NCBI GenBank assembly: GCA_963765575.1
Contig: CAVXWZ010000011.1
Location: 608,001 to 672,000, forward strand
Direction: 5' to 3'
DNA: 64,000 bases
Source: an uncultured cyanobacterium
GTDB taxonomy: Bacteria > Cyanobacteriota > Cyanobacteriia > PCC-6307 > Cyanobiaceae
Position 1 is the stretch's first letter. Every line of letters begins with the position of its first letter. The translations under genes were made by a program, and so were the position numbers. This document shows positions 53,955 through 61,252 of the stretch, piece by piece. A model generated the notes under the pieces. It did not search any database and was not told the origin of the DNA. It saw nothing but the letters and a program-made list of their open reading frames with translations.

Positions 53955-54993
53955 GCCCCCACTGGTGCTCTACAGCTTCCGCCGTTGCCCCTATGCGATC
54001 CGGGCACGGCTGGCCCTGGCGGCCGCCGGTCTGGCGCCTGGCCCGGGGCTGGAGCTGCGGGAGGTGAGCCTGCAGGCCAAGCCGCCGGAACTGCTGGAGG
54101 CGTCGGCCAAGGCCACCGTGCCGGTGCTGGTGGGCCCCGGAGTGATCGAGGAAAGCCTGGCGATCATCCACTGGGCGCTGGATCAGGCCGACCCCCACGG
54201 CTGGCGGGCCGGCTGGTCGCCCGCCGATCGGATTGCAGCCGATGCCCTGATCGCCGAGAACGACGGTGTGTTCAAGCAGCACCTGGATCGCTTCAAGTAC
54301 GCCGCCCGCCACGGCCCCGAGGGCGAGGCGGAGCGCGAGCAGCACCGCCAGGCGGCCCTGGCGATCCTGGAGGTCTGGAGCGGGCGGCTGCAGGAGGGCG
54401 GCTGGTTGCTGGGATCCCGGCCGTCGCTGGCGGACTGGGCCCTGCTGCCCTTCGTGCGCCAGTTTCGTCTCGCCGACCCCGAGGGTTTTGACAGCCTCAG
54501 GGGCCTGGAACCCCTGCAGGCGTGGCTGGGCCGCTTCCTGGTGAGCGACGCGCTGGCGGCGGTGATGGCACCCCCCTGGGCCAGCCGCCAGCCCTGGCGC
54601 TCTCTCCGCTGGCTGTATCACCTGGCTCTGCAGCCGGAGTGGCAGGCGGCTCAGGGGTCCGGGAGCTACCGGCGCTCCACCCGCGGCCGCAGCCTCGAGC
54701 AGGAGGGCTTCATCCACGCCAGCTACGCCCACCAGGTGGACGCCACGGCCCAGCGCTTCTACGCCGATGCAGGCCCGGTGGTGCTGCTCAGCCTCGATCC
54801 CGCTGCCCTGGAGCAGGCCGGGGTGGCCGTGCGCGCCGAACCGGCCCCGGGCAATGGCGAGCTCTTCCCCCATCTGTATGGGCCGCTGCCGCTGGCGGCG
54901 GTGCTGCGGGCTGAGCCCTGGCGGCCCCCCCCTGAGCCCGCCGTGCCCGAGGGGCGCCCTGAGGTGAGCCTTGGGGGAGCAATGCCAAAGTGA
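53947..54993 (+). CDS. Glutathione S-transferase fused to a C-terminal DUF952 domain
   Basis: LYSFRRCPYAIRAR, TVPVL, FKQHLDRFKY, PFVRQF, then LYHL, STRG.SL..EGFIH, FPHLYGPL, all in one frame. Confidence 0.85.
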   Translation: MTEPPLVLYSFRRCPYAIRARLALAAAGLAPGPGLELREVSLQAKPPELLEASAKATVPVLVGPGVIEESLAIIHWALDQADPHGWRAGWSPADRIAADALIAENDGVFKQHLDRFKYAARHGPEGEAEREQHRQAALAILEVWSGRLQEGGWLLGSRPSLADWALLPFVRQFRLADPEGFDSLRGLEPLQAWLGRFLVSDALAAVMAPPWASRQPWRSLRWLYHLALQPEWQAAQGSGSYRRSTRGRSLEQEGFIHASYAHQVDATAQRFYADAGPVVLLSLDPAALEQAGVAVRAEPAPGNGELFPHLYGPLPLAAVLRAEPWRPPPEPAVPEGRPEVSLGGAMPK

Positions 54994-55013
54994 AAGGCCG
55001 CCTGCAAACGGTC

Positions 55014-55136
55014 ATGCCCGAGACGAACGACAGCGGTTCCGAGAGGTCGCGCATGATCGGAACCCTGCTGGTGTTGGGGTCGGTCAGCGGGCTGGCCGTG
55101 GTGGTGTGGTCGATGATCTTGATGCTCGATCTCTAG
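55014..55136 (+). CDS. Putative 40-aa single-TM small protein (below ORF-track cutoff)
   Basis: MPETNDSGSERSRMIGTLLVLGSVSGLAVVVWSMILMLDL*; one hydrophobic helix, mostly G/C-ending codons. Confidence 0.45.
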   Translation: MPETNDSGSERSRMIGTLLVLGSVSGLAVVVWSMILMLDL

Positions 55137-55256
55137 CCTCTGAAGGCCTCCAGCTTCACTCTCCCTGGAGGCCTGCCCGGTGGCTGGGAGACGGGCCGCC
55201 AGCCGCTTCCGCCCTTAGGTTGTCGCCAATCAAGCCCCCGCTGGAGCCAGACCCGC

Positions 55257-55862
55257 ATGGATGTGATCGACGCCATCTACGCCCGGCGCTCGGTGAAGCA
55301 GTTCGATCCCTCCCACCGGCTCACGGCTGAGGAGGAGCGGCAGCTGCTGGAGGCGACGATCCAGGCGCCCTCCAGCTTCAATATTCAGCACTGGCGCTTT
55401 GTGATCCTGCGGGATCCGGCCCTGCGGGCCACGCTGCGCCAGGAGTACGGCAACGACCAGGCCCAGATCACGGATGCCTCGCTGCTGGTGCTGTTCACGG
55501 CTGATCTGAAGGCCTGGGCGAAACAGCCGGAGCGCTACTGGGTGAACGCCCCCAAGGAGGTGGCTGATCTGCTGGTGGGCTGGATGGGCCCCTTCCACGA
55601 GGGCCGCGAATGGCTCCAACGCGATGAGGCCCAGCGCTCGATCGGCCTGGCGATGCAGACCCTGATGCTCGCCGCCACCGGCATGGGCTATCAGAGCTGC
55701 CCGATGATCGGCTTTGAGATTGAAAAGGTGGCTGAGCTGATTCACCTGCCGGCCGACCATGTAATGGGTCCGATGCTGGCCATCGGCAAGGGCACGAAGG
55801 AACCCTGGCCCAAGCCGGGCCAGCTGCCGCTGGAGCAGCTGGTGGTGGAGAACGGGTTCTGA
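55257..55862 (+). CDS. Nitroreductase family protein
   Basis: RRSVKQFD, APSSFNIQHWRF, SCPMIGF; GGAG RBS. Confidence 0.92.
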   Translation: MDVIDAIYARRSVKQFDPSHRLTAEEERQLLEATIQAPSSFNIQHWRFVILRDPALRATLRQEYGNDQAQITDASLLVLFTADLKAWAKQPERYWVNAPKEVADLLVGWMGPFHEGREWLQRDEAQRSIGLAMQTLMLAATGMGYQSCPMIGFEIEKVAELIHLPADHVMGPMLAIGKGTKEPWPKPGQLPLEQLVVENGF

Positions 55863-55928
55863 TCGCCCCAGCTCGCTCATCACGCTGGGCCTGCGGCTGA
55901 AGCCTGTCCGCTTGGACGCATGCCGCGC

Positions 55929-56061
55929 AGATCCCCCCGCCGGTCGCAGACGGATACGCCGAGACTGGTGGCAGGCGATCGAAGTGGTGCGGGCAACTGG
56001 GCGATGTTCCCTGGAGGTGGGCCCGGGGGGCTTCTGTATTCGTTTACGCAGGGTGTTATCG
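55929..56061 (+). mobile_element. Degenerate attC-like site (candidate)
   Basis: Arm CGCAGACGGATAC (55945-55957) is complementary at 10/13 positions to GTATTCGTTTACG (56036-56048); GTTATCG at 56055 as R'; R'' eroded. Confidence 0.3.
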
Positions 56062-56091
56062 GGTCCGCATAACATGTTTGGCGAGAGGACG

Positions 56092-56221
56092 GCAGCTCAA
56101 CAATCGCTTGCACTCACAGGCTTTTCCTCGTTGCTGTTCCTACCTTCGATGCTTATGCTTATGCTGCCAGTGAATGCCTTGATCGGGTGGTTCGCGGATC
56201 CGCCTAAGCATTGTTAGCTGC
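56092..56221 (+). mobile_element. Degenerate attC-like site preceding the TA cassette
   Basis: GCAGCTCAACAATCGCTT at left pairs with AAGCATTGTTAGCTGC at right; core GTTAGCT at 56213-56219; central stem poor. Confidence 0.55.
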
Positions 56222-56269
56222 ACAGGAAGGCCATGCTCGGTATCATCGGAGTGATGGCTGTGATCACGG

Positions 56270-56503
56270 ATGCCGACAGTCCTCAGAAGCGGCCCGTACA
56301 GGTTCTACTTCTACAGTCACGAACCCAACGAGCCTCCTCATGTCCATGTTGACAGAGATCAGGCGTCATGCAAAGCCTGGCTCGCACCGGTCGCACTTTC
56401 CTCAAGCCTTGGTTTTAAGGCCAAAGAGCTGCGTGAGATTGAACGGCTAGTCAGCATGAACCGAGCTATCCTGCTGAAAGCATGGGAGGAGTTTCATGGC
56501 TGA
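56270..56503 (+). CDS. DUF4160 domain protein (putative toxin)
   Basis: MPTVLR.GPYRFYFYSHEPNEPPHVHV...WEEFHG pattern; overlaps downstream gene by 8 bp. Confidence 0.85.
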   Translation: MPTVLRSGPYRFYFYSHEPNEPPHVHVDRDQASCKAWLAPVALSSSLGFKAKELREIERLVSMNRAILLKAWEEFHG

Positions 56504-56756
56504 CCCAGGCCAGCGTGTCACAGACGTTGCCTCGACAGAGGACAGGCTCACTGTCGACCTAGCTGATGGACGATCCATCTCGGTGCCTTTGGCTTGGTAT
56601 CCGCGGCTTCTGCATGCCACCTCTCAGGAGCGTGAGAATTGGGAGATTGCTGGGGCTGGCTATGGAATCCACTGGCCAGATATTGATGAGGATTTAAGTG
56701 TGGAAGGCCTACTTCGCGGAGCGCCAGCGTCCCAGGTCAAGACACTGGTCAGCTAA
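56496..56756 (+). CDS. DUF2442 domain protein (putative antitoxin)
   Basis: LADGRSISVPLAWYPRL..AT..ER.NW..G.G.GIHWPDIDEDLSVEGLLRG; GGAGG RBS. Confidence 0.88.
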   Translation: MADPGQRVTDVASTEDRLTVDLADGRSISVPLAWYPRLLHATSQERENWEIAGAGYGIHWPDIDEDLSVEGLLRGAPASQVKTLVS

Positions 56757-56840
56757 CACCGCCATGCACCAGAGCCGCCACCTAGAGGATTGCATCTGCA
56801 TTCCCAACTCTGTGCGGCCAGGTGATGGCGAGTGTTAGCT
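56751..56840 (+). mobile_element. attC: Integron attC recombination site (90 bp)
   Basis: R'' AGCTAAC (contains the stop codon), 5-nt spacer, L'' CCATGCACC pairing with L' GGTGATGG leaving one unpaired base, inner GCCGC/GCGGC stem, spacer, R' GTTAGCT. Confidence 0.85.
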
Positions 56841-56879
56841 GGGCGGGAATCTCTTCGAATCAACCAACCGGAAGATCAG

Positions 56880-57517
56880 ATGACCAGCTATGTGCAAATT
56901 TTGACCGCACTGAGTATTGGCCTATTTGGAGTTTTCGGAACTCCGAAGCTATTGAGCGCTGCTGAGCAGATCCCAGTCACGGCCATTGACATCTTGCTGG
57001 ACCCGGACGCCACGATGCTTGACCGGGCCCGAGATAACAACGCCCGATTGCTCAAGGTCTTCCCAAAAGGATTTGCCTTGGATGCAGCGTACCACCTTCA
57101 TATCACACTAGTGTAGCGTTTCGTGAATACGACAGATCTTGTTAAACTTATACCGCCACCGGTAAGGTCTTTGCCCGTGCCAACATCTAGGGCATGAAGC
57201 TGGAGGCGTTCAAGTACTACTACGCCACGGGCGGGGAAATGGGTGTTGCCCGGATTGTTGCCAGGTCAACGCCTGAGTTGCTCAAGCTGCAGCAGGAATT
57301 GATCGCCGCCGTGGCCCCGTTCACGGTGGTAACCGGACCGATTGGCGCGTTCAGCGCATCCCACGGCGATCCTGCCACCGATGCAATTCTCATCAACTAT
57401 GTGTCCACCTTCGTTCGGAAACAATCCGGCGAGAACTTCAGTCCGCACGTCAGCACCGGCGTCGCTCCCAAGAACTACCTTGACAATATGCTCGCCGAGC
57501 CGCTACAAAAAAGCTAA
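56880..57517 (+). pseudogene. Disrupted exported 2H-phosphoesterase-like protein
   Basis: Signal peptide, HLHITL and PHVST motifs; TAG at 57114, 1-nt frameshift near 57150, TAG at 57188; two ORF pieces join into one reading. Confidence 0.7.
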
Positions 57518-57552
57518 AGGGATGGAACTTAAAATCCTGTGACGCTTGTCAC

Positions 57553-57753
57553 GACGGCAATCAAGCCGATGCACAGAAGTGAAGACTTCCGGGTGAACCG
57601 TTGATTACCGCGTCCAGTAGCGATGAGCGCAACGCCTCATCCTTTGCTTCAGCCGACCTGCTACAGCTGGCTTCATAACCCTGCGCAGGGGGCAGAGCTC
57701 AAATGCTGGGGCAGTTTTCAAAACTTCCAGCGATCTTGATCGGCTCGTTCCGC
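57553..57753 (+). mobile_element. Degenerate attC-like arms at the right edge of the low-GC island (candidate)
   Basis: GCCGATGCA (57565-57573) pairs with TGATCGGC (57737-57744) leaving one unpaired base, followed by GTTCCGC; spacing longer than a typical attC. Confidence 0.3.
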
Positions 57754-57899
57754 TTCCCGAGGGCAGCCTCGGCCATGGCGACGCCCACCGCCTCAAGACC
57801 ATGGTGCGTTCCCCCCTGGCGGTGACCCAGATCGTTGGCGGCGGTGCTGGCGGCCAAAAGGTGCTGGCGGCCCGAGCATGGGGAGCAGCGCAGAACACG

Positions 57900-58958
57900 A
57901 TGGTGAATCCTTCCCGTGGCCCGGAACGGCTGGTGCGCAGCGGCCAGTGGCTGATCGCCCTGCTCTTCGCCTATTTCCTCATCCAGGTGGGCGGGGCCCT
58001 GATCGCCGACCTGCCGCTGCTCTCCAGTCCGCCCCAGCTGGAGCAGTTTCTTGACCAGCCGCGCCTTGCCGAGCTGGAGGCCGAGTTGCAACCCCTGCAG
58101 GCGCGGCGGCAGGGGCTGCAGGAGGAGGCCGATCGTCTGCGCGAGCGACAGCAGCAGGCGCAGGAGGCCTACGGGCGGGAGCAGGCCAGCTTCGAGACCT
58201 GGCGTTCCACCCGCTCCGCCACGGCCCAGTCCGACCAGAACCCGGAGGTGATCGCCCGGGCCCGCCAGCTCGATGGGCTGTTGCGGCAACAGCAGCAACG
58301 CAGCACTGAGCAGGCGGAGATCAGGGCCCAGCTGCGGGTCGTGCAGGCCTCGATCGCGCCGCCCCAGGAGCAGCTTCAGCAGCTTCGGGCCGAGGCCCGT
58401 GAGCGCTGGCAGCGGGCCCGACAGGAGGCGGAGCTGCGCTCCTTCGGCATCCGTCTGTTGTTTGTGGGGCCGCTGCTGGCCCTGGCGCTGTGGCAGTTCC
58501 GCCGCTTCCGCCGCAGCGACCAGTGGCCCTTCGTGTGGGGCTTTCTGCTGTTTGGCCTGTACGCCTTCTTTGTGGAGCTGGTGCCCTACCTGCCCAGCTT
58601 CGGGGCCTACATCCGCTACGGCGTTGGGGCGCTACTCACATTCCTGGTGGGCCGGGCCCTGATCCGCTGGCTCAACGCCTACCTGGCGCGCAAGCAGCGG
58701 GAGCAGGCGGCGCCCCAGCAGCAGCGCCAGCACGCCATACGCTACGAGAAGGCCCTGCAGGCCCTGGGGCGCAGCCAGTGTCCGAGCTGCGAGCGCAACC
58801 TGCCGCGCCGCGAGGGGGGGCTGCCCAACTACTGCATGCATTGCGGCCTGCAGCTGCAGCACGACTGCCGCCAATGCGGCTTCCACCATTACGCCTGCTT
58901 TCCCTACTGCCCCAGCTGCGGCCATCCCGCAGAGGTGGCCCCGGAGCGGCCGGCATGA
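57900..58958 (+). CDS. Membrane protein with coiled coil and C-terminal double zinc ribbon
   Basis: TM, long Q/E-rich coiled coil, three TMs, CPSC, CMHCG, CRQCG, CPSCG. Confidence 0.8.
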   Translation: MVNPSRGPERLVRSGQWLIALLFAYFLIQVGGALIADLPLLSSPPQLEQFLDQPRLAELEAELQPLQARRQGLQEEADRLRERQQQAQEAYGREQASFETWRSTRSATAQSDQNPEVIARARQLDGLLRQQQQRSTEQAEIRAQLRVVQASIAPPQEQLQQLRAEARERWQRARQEAELRSFGIRLLFVGPLLALALWQFRRFRRSDQWPFVWGFLLFGLYAFFVELVPYLPSFGAYIRYGVGALLTFLVGRALIRWLNAYLARKQREQAAPQQQRQHAIRYEKALQALGRSQCPSCERNLPRREGGLPNYCMHCGLQLQHDCRQCGFHHYACFPYCPSCGHPAEVAPERPA

Positions 58959-59467
58959 CCGCGGCACCGTTGGCCGCCCTGCCCACCCTGGCCGGGCTGG
59001 AAGCTGAAGCCCGGCGCCGGGATCTGTTGCTGCGGCTGCAGGTGCAGCGTCGTGCGGGGCTGCTGTGGAGCCTGCGGGTGGGGGTGGCGCGGCCGCAGCC
59101 GCTGGAACTGCTGGGTGAACTCAAGGGCTGGGCGCTGCCCACCGCCGCCGGCCTGCGGCTGGACACGATGCGGGTGCAGGGGGAGCGCACCGCAGCGGTG
59201 GGGGCGCTGATCTGGGCCGCCACCTTCGCCTGGGCCCTGGAGGCCACCCCCTGCCGGCGGGCGCGGCTGCTGGCGATTCGCGACCACGAGCAGCAGCACC
59301 GACGCCTGGTGCGCTACTTCCGCCAGCTGGGCTTCACGCCGCTGCGCCACCTGGGCGCCGGAGCGGCCGACCTGGCTCCCCGGCTGCTCTGGGGCGGCGC
59401 TGGCCTGCTGATGGAGGGCGACTGCGCCGAGGGCCTGCGGCGCAGTGCCCGGCGGCTGGGGCCATGA
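58955..59467 (+). CDS. Conserved cyanobacterial hypothetical protein (possible GNAT-like fold)
   Basis: ATGA overlap; LDTMRV, ARLLAIRD..QHRRLVRYF..LGF, RLLWGGAG. Confidence 0.7.
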   Translation: MTAAPLAALPTLAGLEAEARRRDLLLRLQVQRRAGLLWSLRVGVARPQPLELLGELKGWALPTAAGLRLDTMRVQGERTAAVGALIWAATFAWALEATPCRRARLLAIRDHEQQHRRLVRYFRQLGFTPLRHLGAGAADLAPRLLWGGAGLLMEGDCAEGLRRSARRLGP

Positions 59468-59480
59468 CCTCCCGGCGGCG

Positions 59481-59981
59481 TCAGGGGGCCAGGGGCGCCC
59501 AGGCCATGGTGGCGTTGAACTGCTCGCACCAGATGATCACCGAGCCATAGTCGGCCAGCTCAAAACCGGCGGGCAGTTCGTAGGTCTGGGCACCGGTGAC
59601 CTCCCGCAGGGGGGCGATCACGGTGTAGGTGCCCTCCTGCAGTGGGTAGGCCGGCGGCGGGCTGCCGGCGAGAGGGTCGGCGGTGCGGCCGAAGGTGACC
59701 TTGAGATCGGGCGCCTGGGGGCTGGTGCTGAAGTCGTCGCTGAGCACCAGCAGGGTGCGCTGGCCCTCGCGGCGAATCGTGAAACCACCCCGCACAGGCT
59801 TCTCGGCCTCGCGGAAAACGCCGCTGTGGAGCTCCTTGGCCGGCTTCTCGGCCATGGCCACCGCTGGGGCGGCGGCATCCGTGGCCGGGGCGGATCCCTG
59901 CTGGGAGGCCGTGGCGCAGCCGGTGCCGCCGAAGGCCAGGGCGAGCGAGAGCAACAGGGCTGGACGGGGAGACATGGACAC
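59481..59981 (-). CDS. DM13 domain protein, possibly a lipoprotein
   Basis: Signal peptide ending GTGC, APDLKV, GAQTYELP, YGSVIIWCEQFN. Confidence 0.85.
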   Translation of the reverse strand: MSMSPRPALLLSLALAFGGTGCATASQQGSAPATDAAAPAVAMAEKPAKELHSGVFREAEKPVRGGFTIRREGQRTLLVLSDDFSTSPQAPDLKVTFGRTADPLAGSPPPAYPLQEGTYTVIAPLREVTGAQTYELPAGFELADYGSVIIWCEQFNATMAWAPLAP

Positions 59982-60058
59982 GGGAGAGCGGTCGACTGCT
60001 ATCCATCTACAGCCGAACCGCCCCGATGGATGGGAACGCCCGCCTGCTCGCCAGGCCC

Positions 60059-60307
60059 TCAGCGCTGCCCCAGCAGCTCCTGCCAGCTGGGGGGCGGCTC
60101 GGCGGCAGCGCCGGGGATGGTGAAGGAATCGAGCGGCAGGGCGCGAGCCGCGAGGCTGCAGCAGGGTCCGCTGAATGGCCAGGGCGGCAGGTCGAGGGGC
60201 TGGGGAGCAAAGTCGCGCATGGGTACGCCGCAGGCCCCATCAGGCTGAACGCAACCGGCTGTGGGCCACGGCTGCCTGGATGGCAGCGCGAGGGTGTCGC
60301 CGGGCAC
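60059..60307 (-). pseudogene. Possible 3' remnant of an unidentified gene
   Basis: 82-codon frame with largely G/C-ending codons (WPTAGCVQPDGACGVPMRDF...FSGPCC) filling an otherwise empty gap; in-frame stop just upstream. Confidence 0.3.
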
Positions 60308-60345
60308 AGGGCCCTGTCACTCAGGGGCACCCGCCAGGGCGGAGA

Positions 60346-61200
60346 TCACACCAGCTCCAGCACGCGCCAGCTGCCGGCGGCCGCCGCCTCCCGGCAGTAG
60401 GCGGAGAAGTCGCGCGGAGCACGGCCGAGGGCGCGCTGCACCCCATCGCCGAGAACGGCGTTGCGGCCATCCAGCACGGTGGTGAACAGATAACCCATCA
60501 GCCACACCACCTCCTCGGGTGCACCTGAGCTCGCCACATCAGCCACAAACTCCTGATGCGGCACCTGGAGATAGCTCACCGGCCGGCCTGTGGCGCGGGA
60601 GATCTCCCCGCTGGCCTCGGCGAAGCTGAGCAGCCGCGGCCCGGTGAGCTCGTAGATCTCACCGGCATGGCCGGGTTCGGTGAGGGCCGCCACGACCACA
60701 TCGGCGATGTCGTCGGCATCCACGAAGGGTTCGCGCACCTCTCCCGCCGGCAAACTGAGCTGCGCGGCATTCACCATCTCGGCGAAGGGTCCCTCGGAAA
60801 AATTCTGGTTGAACCAGCTCGCCCGCACGACGGTGGCAGGGAGGCCGCTTGTCAGCACAAGTTGCTCACAGGCCTGGGCCTCGGCTTCGCCGCGTCCAGA
60901 CAGGATCACCAGCCGTTGAACACCTGTTTGCTTCGCCATGGCGACGAAATCTCCGATCGCCTGGGTGGCACCGGGCACGGCGAGGTCGGGGGCGTAGTTG
61001 ATCGACACGGCCGCCACGCCATCGAGGCAGGCCTGCCAGCTCGAGGGATCACTCCAGTCGAACGCGGGTGATGCCGAGCGGGAACCGATCCGGGTGGGCA
61101 CGCCCAGATCAGCGAGCCTGGCGGCGATGCGACGGCCGGTCTTGCCGGTGCCTCCCAGCACCAGGGTGAGGGGCGCCTGTGATGCGGTGGTCGGGGTCAT
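60346..61200 (-). CDS. NmrA-like NAD(P)-binding protein (atypical SDR)
   Basis: LVLGGTGKTGRR, FDW, LSGRGE, WFNQNFSE, PFVDADDIA, YELTGPR. Confidence 0.9.
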   Translation of the reverse strand: MTPTTASQAPLTLVLGGTGKTGRRIAARLADLGVPTRIGSRSASPAFDWSDPSSWQACLDGVAAVSINYAPDLAVPGATQAIGDFVAMAKQTGVQRLVILSGRGEAEAQACEQLVLTSGLPATVVRASWFNQNFSEGPFAEMVNAAQLSLPAGEVREPFVDADDIADVVVAALTEPGHAGEIYELTGPRLLSFAEASGEISRATGRPVSYLQVPHQEFVADVASSGAPEEVVWLMGYLFTTVLDGRNAVLGDGVQRALGRAPRDFSAYCREAAAAGSWRVLELV

Positions 61201-61252
61201 GGATGAATCCGTGGTGGGCGACCCGTTTGAGGTCTGCGGGCCATGGCTCCAG

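Noticed and set aside
57559..57606. Alternative short attC (AATCAAG...GTTGATT)
   Set aside because: Only 48 bp, R'' lacks AAC and the L boxes pair poorly
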